Source: Lama glama
Lineage: Eukaryota
NCBI GenBank assembly: GCA_028534125.1
Contig: CM052817.1
Span: forward strand, 17,672,001-17,736,000
Direction of reading: 5' to 3'
DNA length: 64,000 bases
Shown: piece by piece, positions 50,885-63,357 of the stretch
Numbering within the stretch: the first letter of the stretch is position 1
Layout of the letters: every line of letters starts with the position of its first letter
The notes under the pieces: generated by a model
Database searches by the model: none
The model's input: the letters and a program-made list of their open reading frames with translations, nothing else
What the model was told of the DNA's origin: nothing
Translations under genes and position numbers: made by a program

Positions 50885-51120
50885 CTTCCTCTTCCTCCTA
50901 GCATTTTTCCTCCTGCTCAGTTTTTTGCATAGCTTTCATCATTATTTAAAACGGCCTTACTTATTTGTTTACCCTTTTATTATCTGTCTCCTCTTTGAAC
51001 ACAAGTCCCCTGAGGACAGTGATCTTGTCTTAGCTTGCTCAAACCTGTCTCCCCAGCGCTTACCAGAGTGCCTGGCTCATGGTGCTCAGTAAATATTTCT
51101 TTTTGAATCAATGGATGATA
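50885..51120 (+). mobile_element. L2 3' end
   Basis: gaacacaagtcccctgaggacagtgatcttgtc..ccccagcgcttaccagagtgcctggctcatggtgctcagtaaatattt. Confidence 0.8.
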
Positions 51121-51784
51121 GAGAAAGATTCAATAAGATGAAAGTTGGATAAGACAAAATGAGCCATCAGGTGGAGCTGAGGCTGTAAGGAGGTAACTGA
51201 GATATCTGATGGCAAATTTAGAAGGTTATACTCAGACAGACTCAGTCCATCTGGCCCTGGGTTTCCAGACAGGGACCTTCGGGTTGAACTTATGAAAGTT
51301 ACAGATGAATATCCCAAAACATCCAAAGAAGGAGGGGACTCTGCTGATCAGACGCCTATCTTGTTATGACAGGCTTTTTGCATATGTATTGTGTGTATCT
51401 TATTCACTACAAACATATGAGGTGAGTACTAATATTAACCCCCTTTTGCCAAGTGATCCCAGAAGTTAAGGAACATACCCAAGGTTAGCCAGTTGGTATG
51501 AAATAAATTCCCTCCTCTGTGCATCACATGACTTCCATTAATTTCCTTTAGTAACTGTTATGGGTCTAAATTAAAAACAGACATCACTCTATTGTTTAGA
51601 TCCTTTTTTTTCAGATTCTACTTTTTGCTGAGGCTTGATAAACTTGATTGCAGTAAAAAAGAAAGTTGATTATGGACTATCCTGGTAGGATACTCAAGAC
51701 ACTGGTGATAGGATTTTCTTTGGAGAGAGCAACTGGGTTCCTGGGAGACCACAGCCAGAGGGAGTTTTACTTTTCTCTACATTT

Positions 51785-51974
51785 AGTGTTGACAACTAAA
51801 ACACAGGATGTCCACTGAAATTTGAATTTCAGCTAAATAACAAATAATTTTTAGTGTAAGTATGTCCCAAATATTGCATGGGACAAATTTATACTAAAAG
51901 TTCTTTTGTTGTTTAACTGAAATTCAACTGTAACTGGTTGTCCTGTATTTTTCTTTGCTATTCCTGGCAACCCT
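51785..51974. mobile_element. Intact MER53 palindromic MITE, inserted in an L1ME-type 3' fragment (about 51650-52050)
   Basis: agtgttgaca..acaggatgtccactgaaatttgaatttcag..agtatgtcccaaatattgcatgggaca..ctgaaattcaa..tcctgtatt..ctggcaaccct. Confidence 0.92.
51835..51915 (-). ncRNA. Candidate miR-1302-family hairpin (MER53-derived); expression unknown
   Basis: Reverse complement of 51850-51870 = UUGGGACAUACUUACACUAAA vs recalled miR-1302 UUGGGACAUACUUAUGCUAAA; 18 of 21 stem positions pair by hand. Confidence 0.35.
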
Positions 51975-52724
51975 AATGTGCATTCTCTGCTGTGAACTTA
52001 CAATTTTGTTCCATGTGTATACAATACCCATTCTAGAGATAATAAAATTTAAGAAAATAAAGCAGTTTTTGCTATTTGCCACATATTTAACGGCAATTTT
52101 AGCTAAGGACAAGAAGTAGACATGGTATAGATTAAAGTTAAAAATGAGACCTAAGGATAATTTTTTTTTTAAGTATAAAAGGGCTAAATTTGCAAAGATG
52201 ATTTTGTTGGCATCCATTTTGCCAGAAGATAACAGCTAAGGGGGAAAAATGTCTGAAAACACACTTCCTGATGGAATTGTAGACACTGGAGACCTAAAGA
52301 AAATACCTCTTCAATCATGGATCCTGGGACAAGAGTAAGTCAGGAGAGGAAGAAATAGTTTTCTGAATTTCAGGTATCTTCAGTTCCACTACTTAAGCAG
52401 ATTGAGCTTTAGAGCTGGAAGGAAACTTTCGGATTTTCTTTTCCATTTCTCTATCATTTCCTCTACATTTGAAAATATAGAAGCTCCATTTCCAATTCCA
52501 TTTCTCCCCTCCATACCCCTACCCACCAATTTCCCTGTAACCAGCTCTCAGGAGTAGCCTAGAGGCGGTGTCTCAATTCTTAGGTCCTCAAGGTAACATT
52601 AGCATATCTATTATGTAATTATCCTACAAGTCCCAAGCCTTTGGGTTTGTCAAAAGGTAAAGAAGGAAAAAGTGACCCAGTAGGCCCAGCAAGGGCAGAT
52701 GACAGGAAAGGTCAGAAAAGCCCA

Positions 52725-52910
52725 CAGCATTCACATTCTGGCTGTATCTGCAACTGTGAGCTGAGGAAAGTTAAATTTCTCCAGGCCATAGCCTCCTTGG
52801 CTATTAACAGGGGGAGCAGGAATCTTATTCAGGGGTGTGAGAGGATCAAATGAGATCATGTACATGAAATCCCTTGGATTAAGTTGGTACTCAATAATTT
52901 CAGCTATTAA
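52725..52910 (+). mobile_element. MIR SINE
   Basis: aggggtgtgagaggatcaaatgagatcatgtacatgaaa..ggtactcaataatttcagctatt. Confidence 0.7.
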
Positions 52911-53174
52911 TTTTATCTTAAAATAAAATCTGCTCACTTCTGAAATGTTAAGGAATCTCATCCTTGTCAGACATATAATCTCAAACTTACTATGATGCTA
53001 AAGGGTAAATCAACCGACATAGTGACAGCTACTTTCTAATTTTCCATGCAGCTTATTATTTATTTGTCCACATTCTAACATTTATATCAGCATATGACTA
53101 AGTTAAGGTTATGATCATATGGACTTTTAAAATATCTAATTGAGTAAATTTAAATTTTAATTTTTTCTGCCTTT

Positions 53175-55376
53175 CTTTTGGTTAACAGCCTTATTGGGAT
53201 ACACTTCACATACCACATAATTCACTCTTCAAAGTGTACCTTCAGTGGTTTTTTTAGTATATTCACAAAGTTGTGCAACCATGATCACAATCAAGTTCAG
53301 AACATTTTCATCACTCCAAAAGAAGTCCTATACACTTTATCAGTCACTCACAACACATCCCTCCCAATACTAGGAAGTCCTAACCCTAGGCAACCATTAA
53401 TTTACTGTCTATCTTTATAATTTTGTCTAAACATTTCAAATACACAGAATTGTCTAGTACGGGGCCTTCTATGACTTGTTTCTTTCATATAGCATGTTTT
53501 CAAGGTTAATTCATGTTATAGCATGTATCAGTACTTCATTTCTTGTTATGGCCTAATAATATTCCATTTTATAGATATATCACTTTTTACTTATCCATTC
53601 ATCAGTTGATGGATATTTGGTGTGTTTCTACTTTTTAGCTGTTATGAATAATGCTGCCATGAACATTCATGTACAAGTTTTTGTTTGGACATAGCTTTTC
53701 AGTTTTCTTTGGATCATACAGTAACTATCTTTAGCCTTTTGAAGAACTGTCAGACTGTTTTCCAAAATGGCTTTATCATTTTACATTCCCACTAGCAACA
53801 TATGAAGGCTTCAATTTTCTACATCCTCGACAACACTTGTCATTATCTTCTTTTTAATTATTGCCATCCAAGTGAGTATGAATTGGTGTCTCATTGTGGC
53901 TTTGATTTGTATTTTCCTGATGGCTAATGATGAATACTTCTCTATGTGGTTATTGGCCATCTGCATATCTTGTCTGGAGAAATAACTATTTAGCTCCTTT
54001 GCTATTTTAAAATTGAGTTGTCTTTTTATTATTCAGTTTTAAGAATTCTTCATATATTCTAGATACTAGATCCTTATCAGATATATGATTTGCAAATATT
54101 GTCTTCCATTCTGTGGAGTGTCTTTTTCAATTCCTTGAGAATGTGCTTTGAGGCACAAAAGTTTAGTTTTGATGAAGTCCAATTTATTTATTTTTTTTCT
54201 TTTGTTGCTGTGCTTTTGGTGTCATATCTAAGAAACCATTGCTACTCCAAGTTCATGAAGATTTATCCCTATGCTTTCTTATAAGAGTTTTATGATTTTA
54301 GGTTTTACATTTAGGTCTATGACCTATTTTAAGGTAATTTTAATGTATGTTGTAAAGTTTGGGGCCCAACTTCATTATTTCACATGTGCATATCCAGTTG
54401 TTCCAGCACCATCTGTTGAAGACTATTTTTTCCCCATTGAATTGTTTTTGCACTCTTGATGAAAATCAACTGACCATAAATATAAGGGTTTCTGTTTGGA
54501 CTTTCAATTCTATTCCACTGAACCGTATGTCTACCTTGTGCATGTACCACACAGTCTTGATTACTGCAGCCTTATAGTGAGTTTTGTAAAGGGCAAGTAT
54601 AAATCCTCCAGCTGTTCTTCTTTTTTAAGATTGTTTTGGCTATTGTTCCTTAAATTTTCATATAAATTTTAGGAACAGCTTGTCCATTTCTGCAAAGTTG
54701 GGATTTTGATAGCATTGTGTTGATTCTGTAGATCAGTTTGAGGAGTGCTGTCATCTTAATAGTATCTTTCATTCCATGAACACGAATGTCTTTCCATTTA
54801 TTTCAATCTTCAAAAAACTTTTTCCAACAATGTTTTGTAGTTTTTGAAGTATAAGAACTATGTTCCTTTTGTTAAAATTATTCCTAAGTATTATATTCTT
54901 TTTGATGCTTATGGGATTGCAAATGTATAGAAACATAACTGATTTTTGAATATTGACCTTGTATCCTGCAAACTTGCTGAACTTGTTTATTAGTGCTAAT
55001 GTATTTTTGGTGGAGTCCTTATATTTTGTATATATAAAGTCCTATCAGCTGCAAATAGAGACAGTTTTGGTTTTTCTTTTCCAATCTAGATGCCTTTTAT
55101 TTAATTTTCTTGCCAAATGGCTTGGGTAGAACTTCCAGTACAATGTTGAATAGAAGTGGTCAGAATGGAAATCTTGTCTTCTTGCTGATGCTAGTGGGAA
55201 AGCATCAGTCTTTTACCTTTAAAAATATTGGTTCTGGATTTTTTGTAGCTACCTTTATCAGATTAGTGAAGTTCCCTTCTGTTCCTAGTTAGTTTGGTGT
55301 TTGAAAGTATTTTGTTGAGAATTTTTGTGTTTATATTTATTCGTCTGTAGTTTTCTTTTCTTATAATACCTGTGGT
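53175..55376 (-). mobile_element. L1MB-type element, about 2.2 kb (3' UTR plus decayed ORF2)
   Basis: ttcacataccacataattcactcttcaaagtgtac..ttgtgcaaccat..ttccagcaccatctgttgaagact..aacttccagtacaatgttgaatagaagtggt. Confidence 0.93.
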
Positions 55377-55434
55377 GAATTTTTTTGTTTATATTTATTC
55401 GTCTGTAGTTTTCTTTTCTTATAATATCTGTGGT
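55319..55434 (+). repeat. 58-bp tandem duplication (2 units, 2 mismatches)
   Basis: gaattttt(g/t)tgtttatatttattcgtctgtagttttcttttcttataata(c/t)ctgtggt twice. Confidence 0.95.
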
Positions 55435-56337
55435 GAATTTTTTTTTTAAATAATAAAAATAGCTAAAAATCCACAAGGGTATTAGGTCTTCTCCCTGCCT
55501 TGGCTACCCATCCTTAGCCACTCCCTGGTACTAGTTCATATGATTGATTTATAAATATACATATATACATATATATTATATTACCAGCTATTTGAATAGA
55601 AACCTTTTTACATTCCTTAACATTTGTAGTTATATAAATAATTTTAGAAATATAATCTGATAGTCTGAGTATATGATACAAGATATTCTCTATCAGGTTG
55701 TAATAATAAAATAATTTAAGTTTCTATAGCAAAAATAAAAAACTGAAACAAAGCTCACAATCATAAATTCCACTTCTAGAAGTGTAACTTGTGCAGGTCA
55801 CACCCTCTGAGTCTCAGCTACAACAAGAATAAAATTAACTACTTGCACCTTTGTCCTGAGGACTGACTGGGAAAATGTTTGTAAGAAGGCTTGGGATAAC
55901 GTAGACTCAATCATATTTATTGTCACGTCACAAATTGCATATCACAGTATCCCTTTAAATAGAAAGCTGTCCTGCTGCGTGTTGGATTCGTGTACAACTT
56001 TTTAAAAAAGCCTCTATTTCATAAAACTGAATACTTCTGTATGTAATCAGTTTTTCAGAAGTTGCCTTTCAGTTCTTAAGTCCTTTTTTTTTGGCCTAGA
56101 TTTTGTGATTTGTTGCCTATTTTGGAAACTTGGAAAGTACCATGCAAATACAGATATAGCTTTGCTAGTTAAAAATAAAATACTTAGTGTTTGCTGGTGA
56201 AGGAAAATATGATGCTATGTAGGTAGAAGTGCATGATGAAAATCAGATTCACATTTCATAAGACCATTTCTGGAGAACTTCAGACTTTAAAAGTTGGAGC
56301 CAAATGCTTCTCTCAGATGATAGTTTATGACTCTTAC

Positions 56338-56387
56338 TGAAGTCAGAAGTAATTCTGAGGGTAGAACTTAAGCAAGTGTTTTGAAAG
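56338..56387 (-). ncRNA. Candidate internal exon (50 nt)
   Basis: Acceptor (t)n-cctctcag| and donor TCA|gtaaga. Confidence 0.3.
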
Positions 56388-56483
56388 CTGAGAGGAAAAA
56401 AAAAAAAGACCGATGCATAAATTTCCAAATCTTCCTAAAGTACTTAGATGGGAGGTGATTTGCAGTTAAGACCTTGAGAAATG

Positions 56484-56609
56484 GGGGGAGGGTACAGTTC
56501 AAGTGGCAGAGTGCATGTTTAGCATGCAAAGGTCCTGGGTTCAATCCCTAGGCTTCTCCTAAAAATAAATAAATAAGCCTAATTACTCACCCCTCCCCCG
56601 AAAAAAAAT
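56484..56609 (+). mobile_element. Camelid SINE (Vic-1 type, long form)
   Basis: TSD cttgagaaatg at 56473-56483 and 56610-56620. Confidence 0.92.
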
Positions 56610-56952
56610 CTTGAGAAATGTTTTTTTTCCCACTAGTGGGATATTAATAATACTTTAATGTAATTTATTTTACTTTCCACAGAATGCTAATAATGCTAGA
56701 ATTTTGTTAAATAACCATTTAATAGGCAAATAGTACATGTAGGACAATACCAGTTATAATATCTAACACGAAGTCCTTAAAGATTCCTTTAAATAGAGAG
56801 TTTCTCTAATGCATTTTACAAATACATTGCTATGAGACTGAGATGAAACTTTTCTATTTTTCCTATTGCATAAAATGAAATCTGTGCTCAATACTTATTG
56901 ATAGCTTAATCAGAAATTATCTTAAATTTTTTTTCTTGCAGTAATGGCAAAG

Positions 56953-57560
56953 ATTTATTTATTTATTTGTTTGTTTATTCATTCATTCATTTATTTAAGT
57001 ATAGCTGATCTACAGTGTTGTGTTGGTTTCTGGTGTATAACATAGTGATTCAGTTATGTATATAGATACATTTTCTTTTTCATACTCTTTTTCATTATAG
57101 GTTATTACAAATTATTGAATATAGTTCCCTGAGCTATACAGTAGGACCTTGCTGTTTATCTTTTCTATATATCATATCACAATCCCAAACTTTCAATTTA
57201 TCCCTCCCTGTCCTTTCCCCTTTGGTAACCATAAGTTTGTTTTCTATGTCTATGAGTCTCTTTCTGTTTTGAAAATAAGTTCATTTGTGTCATTTTTTAA
57301 TTTTAATTTTTAATTTTTTCATTCTTTTTTTTTTTTGAGGGGGGAGGTAATTACGTTTATTTATTTATTTATTCTTAGAGGAGGTACTGGGGATTGAACC
57401 CAGGACCTCACGCATGCTAAGAATTTGTTCTAGCACTTGAGCTATATCCTCCCCTCTGTGTCATTTTTTTAGATTCCACATGTAAGTGATATCATATGAT
57501 ATTTGTCTTTCTCTGTCTGACTTAGTACAATGATCTCTAGGTCTATCCATGTTGCTGCAG
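56953..57560 (-). mobile_element. L1 3' UTR (artiodactyl-type) with nested SINE
   Basis: tttaagtatagctgatctacagtgttgtgttggtttctggtgtataacatagtgattcag..ttagattccacatgtaagtgatatcat. Confidence 0.92.
57299..57456 (-). mobile_element. Camelid SINE (Vic-1 type, long form) nested in L1
   Basis: TSD tgtgtcatttttt at 57286-57298 and 57457-57469. Confidence 0.92.
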
Positions 57561-58249
57561 AAAGAACTACTTCTTTAATTCCCACATGTTGACATAATGA
57601 CAATTAAAATTTTAAAAATTGAGTGAAATGAAAAATATTGACATATTGACATAACAGAGATTTAAAAAGTGACAATGTACAACTTTGATCATGATGTTCA
57701 AGGGGATTCTCCATTAGTTGGCTGTCTTTGACAGTTAGATCATTTCATAAGATAGGAATTGTTTGTTATCTTTCACTATTTGTCAGTGCTTGACTAGACT
57801 GGTTCCAAAGTTGATCTTCTTAGTCCTTAGTCTATTTTGGACAAGGGTGCTAGCCACAAAGGTCATATCTGCAAGTTGATGCTTATCATTACACTATCTC
57901 TGACAGAAAGCAACACAGATGCAAAGAGTGAAACCATTTCGGTAGGCTTTCTTTGAAGAACCGATAAAGGTCACCTCTGTGCCTCAGGTTAATAGTAACA
58001 TGGGCCAGAGGAGAAAATATAGGGATCTTTTCCTCTTCTATTGATTTGCTATATAACCAGACTCAATTTTTTACAAATAAATGCACTAACCAAAAATAAA
58101 TCCAGTAAACTTAAAGATAATTCTTGCCATTTAGTTATCTAAAGAATAATCTGGTTTGATCTGTGCAACAGGATCTCTAAGGCAAGTAGTCTTAGAACAT
58201 CTAGTAGAAAAGAAAACTGAGCATTTGTGTGGGTGGTAGAATTTCCTAA

Positions 58250-58460
58250 AGAAGGAACAATTAATGAGTACCTACTATGGAGTTATTCCATGTAATATCT
58301 CAACTAATTTTCAAAATGACTGTAAACAGTAAGTTTTACATTCCCCATTTGCAGATGAGGAAAGATTAGCTGCCCAAAATTAGCCAGCTGGCTGGTGGCG
58401 GAGGTCGGGTTCAGTGGTAGAGTTAGTCCAATGCTTTTTCCTTCCTACCCTGGCTGTTTA
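58250..58460 (-). mobile_element. MIR SINE
   Basis: ttaatgagtacctactatg..ccccatttgcagatgaggaaa..ggtggcggaggtcgggttc. Confidence 0.7.
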
Positions 58461-58790
58461 TTTAATTATGACTGCTCAATATTGACTCAACACAGAACCA
58501 AAAACCACTACAAAATATGATACATGACAAAGGGGAATATTTAGGAAATCAAAATTCAAGTATATTCTTTTATAAACAGGTAACTGGAATTTCATGATAC
58601 ATACAGTGTTGTCATTTTTGTTACAGATACTGTTAACTGGCTTTATCTTGTTTATGTCATTAAAAGAACAAGATAATAGCAATCACACATGGAAACATTT
58701 TCTTCCAATTACATTAGCCATGAAAACTTTTGACAAATTATTAGACTTATACACATTCTTCTCGCCAAATGTACATTGGATTCCACTCAC

Positions 58791-58876
58791 ATTCTCCATC
58801 ACTAGAGAAAATGGCCTGTTCTTCTGGCTTCACCTTCTTAAGCTGCTGCACAGGTTAAGCTTTGCTTAACTTGGAC
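58791..58876 (-). ncRNA. Candidate internal exon (86 nt)
   Basis: Acceptor tttttttggcag|G and donor AAT|gtgagt; stops in all three frames before a terminal ATG GAG AAT. Confidence 0.35.
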
Positions 58877-59251
58877 CTGCCAAAAAAATTAATAATAATT
58901 ATAATAAAATTCCCAGGGCCAAAGAATCCTCTTTAAACTCAAACACAATTGGAAAGCAAAGGGCGAATATTTATTCTTGTTTCTCAAATTCTTCTGAAGC
59001 CCACTTGGTGACTCACTTTCAATATTCTCTTTCTTTCTTTTAATCTGAGAGTTAGAGCTTATTTTCCTTATAGAATTGCAGAGTCTTTATGGAATCCTTC
59101 TTGATACCCTTTCAATCTCCTGTGCATTTTACTAACTTTGATTAATACATAGTGGAAAATGATAGGGATACTCATTTAAAAAGGAAGTTATAAGGATAAC
59201 GAAACCTCTGAGTTAAGGAATTACTGTGGAGGAAAAGCCTCCTAAATTCTC

Positions 59252-59382
59252 TTTGTTTTGTTGGAGGAGGTAATTAGGTTTATTTATATATTTTTTTATT
59301 TAACGGAGGTACTGGGGACTGAATCCATGACCTCATGCTTGCTAAGCATGCGCTCTACCATTGAGCTTTCCCCTCCGCCCTA
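59252..59382 (-). mobile_element. Camelid SINE (Vic-1 type, long form)
   Basis: TSD cctcctaa(a/t)ttctc at 59238-59251 and 59383-59396. Confidence 0.92.
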
Positions 59383-59744
59383 CCTCCTAATTTCTCATGT
59401 AAGTTATTAGTAAGGCTTTCTCAGGCACACCGCCACCTCACACTCTGATCACATCATGACCTGCTTTATCTCTTCAGAGGCTCTAGTTAGCCATCGACAG
59501 CAGGTTTCCCAACCTTTTTGGACATGGAACTTCTTAAAAATTAAGTAACAATACTAATGATACTGTCATTTCTGACTGGGGATGATAAAGGAGTAAATTA
59601 ACACCAACCTGGAGAAAATCATTACTATGTTCGGCGATTTTAACATTGATTGTTGAAGTGTTAAACACATTTTGACATGTCTTGCAAGAATTTTCACAAG
59701 ATGAAGTTAATTTATGGATTCACTGAATACAAATAATGATGATA

Positions 59745-59970
59745 AAAATTAACACTACTATCACAAGTATGTTACAGGTATCATTCCATGTGCTTTAGAC
59801 AAAATGAGCATTTTGAATCCTCATGACAACCCTATAAATTAGGTTCTATTCTCTCCATTTTACAGGTGAGGAAATTGAGACAATGACAGGTTAAGTAATT
59901 TTCTAAGGTCTTACAGCTGGAACCCATGCAATGTGGTGCTAGAGCCCATGTTCTCCATCATGGGGCTGCC
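59745..59970 (-). mobile_element. MIR SINE
   Basis: tgaatcctcatgacaaccctataaattagg..ccattttacaggtgaggaaattgaga..ggttaagtaattttctaaggtc. Confidence 0.82.
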
Positions 59971-60213
59971 TAGTAAAATTTTCAGTGTTTTAGTGTGTTT
60001 CATGTATATGAGATGGTATAACTTAATCTTAGAATAAAACCAATGTTGAAATGCATCACCACTATCTACTTCACTTGTCTATCAGATATACACTCCCAAA
60101 CTTACTCCTCTTAATATTTAAATATTTCATTTATTGTTTTTAACAAAGAAACTATACACATTGTTTCCTTTAATATGAAACTCCCAAAGAAAGATTATAC
60201 CTAACTCCTACAA

Positions 60214-60375
60214 CAAAGATTCTCAAAGCTCAGTTCATGGACAATTTGCATCGGAATTCCTGATCATCCTGCTAGAAATGCCTGTTCCTGGGCTTCAGTA
60301 CAGATTTACTCATTCATGGTCTTAGGAAGTGGGACTCAGGTTATTCTGATGCCCACCAACTTCTGAGGACCACCT
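60214..60375. mobile_element. MER5-family hAT-Charlie element
   Basis: gattctcaaagctcagttcatggac..gctagaaatgcctgttcctggg..caggttattctgatgcccaccaacttctgaggaccac. Confidence 0.75.
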
Positions 60376-60698
60376 TTCTACCAGGTCCTTCTTGTGACCC
60401 TGCTTAGGCCGCCTACCCCTGCTTCTACACGCACCACCTGGAGTTCCCCTGAATACAAGATGCTCTTTCACACCTCAGAGCCTGAACATGCTGTTTCCTG
60501 TGCTTCTTATGCTTCCTCCTCTTACTGTCTTCTGAACTCCCACTTAATAAAGATTCAGTTCAAAAGTCCTCCCCAAGGTTTCCCTGGGCCCATCAGGCAA
60601 GAGTTAGGTGCTCCTTCCACTGTACCCTATATCCTGCCATTGGTCTGTGTATTCTGTTAGCCAGGGATTCCCCTGAGATCTCTGCACTATCCATCTTT

Positions 60699-60794
60699 TT
60701 TTTTTTTCTTCTTAAATAGAGGTACTGGGGATGCACCCAGGACCTTGTGCACGCTAAGCACGTGCTCTACCACTGAGCTATACTCTCCCCCCAA
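60699..60794 (-). mobile_element. Camelid SINE (Vic-1 type, short form) nested in L2 (about 60390-60880)
   Basis: Perfect TSD cactatccatcttt at 60685-60698 and 60795-60808. Confidence 0.92.
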
Positions 60795-61039
60795 CACTAT
60801 CCATCTTTGTAAACCAACAAAGATCATGCCTGACATGGAGTGGTAGGGGCTCTCAATTTGCTGTTTGAATGGACTGTGAGTTCAGTGTTACTAAATGATC
60901 AGAGTGAAGGACTGATAGTTCTGCAGTTCTCAATTCTACGGAGATGGTAGATCATGCACATGACTTCTATTAAAAAATAATTTCCTAGCAAGTGGGAGAA
61001 AGGAAACACCTTATTTGGTCATTTTTTTCTTCTTGCACA

Positions 61040-61650
61040 TTTTTTCCTTTTCTTTCTTTCCCCCTTTTTAAAATGTTTTACATTTGGAATAGGCAATACA
61101 TGTGCTTGGTACAAAAGTCAAAGGCTCCCAGATGGTTGACTGTGATCTCCTCAACTACATCCTCCAACAGTTGAGTCCCTTACAGTGAAGCAGTCATTGT
61201 TTTAGTTTCTTGTGTGCCCTTTCAAAGCCATTTTAGCTACCCGTAGGCAAATAAGTATATATTTACCATTATTTTGCACTTTGTTTTTTTTTAACTTTGT
61301 GATCCTTCCACATAAGTAGATAAATAGCAGCCTCTGCTTATTAACAGATACATACTATTCAATTCTATGAATGTATCAGGTGTGTTTCTTTTAAAAAACA
61401 AGATATCTCTTTATTGACATCTTGGTGGTTAGCAGTATTCTCTACCATAATAATGCTACAATAAACACACAGGTCATTTCACACAAGTGAGATATTTGTA
61501 AGATAGATTTCTAGAAATGGAACTGTAGGATTAAAAGATAGTGATAAGTTTTATCAAAATGGTTTCCCTAAAGATGACACCAATTTTCACTCCCACTAGC
61601 AACACATGAGAATATCCGTGTCTTTATGTCCTGCCAACGGTGTTTGCTGA
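61040..61650 (-). mobile_element. Old L1 (L1ME-type) 3' end
   Basis: agatagatttctagaaatggaactgtagg..caccaattttcactcccactagcaacacatgaga. Confidence 0.75.
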
Positions 61651-61894
61651 GCCTCTAAATTGGAAATTAAAGGAACCCCTTCAAGTTAAGCTAGGCTCAT
61701 CTACTGGTCTAACCCAGGAGTAAGATTACTTTTTGCAAAAAGTCAACACAGGTGTTTGCTCTATAGGCTCCTTTCTCCTCCCCAGGCAAACTGGCACTGG
61801 AATGTTCATTACTGGTCTAACCTCCACATGGCTTTAAACCCTAAGAGGCTCAGAGAGTTTTCAGAATCATTTCTACTCTGCTTTAGAAGTGGAA

Positions 61895-62745
61895 AACATC
61901 CCATCCATTCTACAAATATTGAGCGTCTACCACACACCAGGCATTCCAGAAGGTGAGGCATGAACAATGAATACAACAGACAAAAGTCCCTGCCTTCATT
62001 AAGATTACATTACAATGGGGCGAGGCACGGAGTAAACACAATACACAGACATGATATATGGTACGTTAGTTTATGATAAGTACCTTGGGAAAAATAAAGG
62101 AGGAAGGAATAGGGAGTATGAGGAGTTACTTTTGTGAAGGGTGGTCAGGGAAGGCCTCATGGTGATGACATTTAAGCAAAGACCTGAAAGCAGTATGCCA
62201 AGGAGTCAGAAGGCATCTGGGGGGAAAGAACGAAGGTGGAAGGCGAGTGTGCCTGGCATGTCCGAGGAACAGCAAGGAACGCTCCTGGTTAGGGCTCAGT
62301 GAGCAAGGGGAAGAGGTGAGGTCACAGAGGTCATGGGGTTTGGGCAGCAGATCAGATTGTACAGGTCCTCAGAGGAAAAGGAGGAAACCTCAGGAGAGTT
62401 CCAGAGGGTTACTCTGAATGCTCTGATGAAAATAGAGAGAGGGAAGGCAAGAATGGATGAAGAGAGAAACAGTGAGGAGACTTCCTGGAAACCAGGTGAG
62501 AAATGAGATGAGTTAGCCTGGGCTGGTTGCCATGGAGATGTGGATGTGTTTAGACTGTGGGTCTATTTTGAAGGTGGAGCTAGCATGATTTTGTCAGATT
62601 GGATGTTGGATGTGAGGGGGAATGGAGGCGAGAAAGACTCTAAGGTTCTTGGCTCAAATAAGCAGAAGAGTGGAATTGTCATTTCCTGGGATGGAGAAAG
62701 ACCAAATGCAGGGGGAGCATGTTTTAGAATGAAGATGAGTTGTGA
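61895..62745 (-). mobile_element. L2 3' region
   Basis: ccattctacaaatattgagcgtctaccacacaccaggcatt..caacagacaaaagtccctgccttc..gggtggtcagggaaggcctc..tattttgaaggtggagc. Confidence 0.9.
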
Positions 62746-63100
62746 TATGACTTGGAGTTACCATGGCTTTCCATGGCTGTGGGTCTCAGATGGTCAGGAT
62801 TCCAAGTTAAATTAGTGGCTGGACTAGACCATGACTGAAATTCCTTCTTGGGATGAAGGCTCAAAGGAATATGTGCCCATGGGGATTGTCTTCCTCCTGA
62901 GCCTTGCACTGAGATATTGCCTTAAATGTTCTTACACCTTCTCTTTTTCTGTGTAAAATATTTAATCAAAGGGATAGGCAAATGCACACACACAACCTTG
63001 AAAGCAATTAAGAAACTTGATTTCTTGTCCACTACATAACCAGCAGAACATGAGAGCCCCTATTAAAGGACTCACTGTCCTGCCGAAATGAAAAACTCAC

Positions 63101-63232
63101 TTCAGTTCTACATTTGTGGGTCTCTGACGTCATCAAGACACCAGTTCTAGACAATGTCAGGCGAGACTGGTACAGAAACCACACCCGGGCAATCTGAAAT
63201 GTGCCCTACTGAAGACTGCAACCAGGAATTCA
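63101..63232 (-). ncRNA. Candidate internal exon (132 nt)
   Basis: Acceptor ctttctttctttttggattacttacttgtccag| and donor GAA|gtgagt; alternative donor ACA|gtgagt at 63076. Confidence 0.35.
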
Positions 63233-63357
63233 CTGGACAAGTAAGTAATCCAAAAAGAAAGAAAGCATTTCAAAAAGTTGTCACTAAAGCAACTTTTTAG
63301 TGAAACAATACCTAAAATTTGGAATGAGTATTTCAACAAACACATAAAAAGCTCAAG

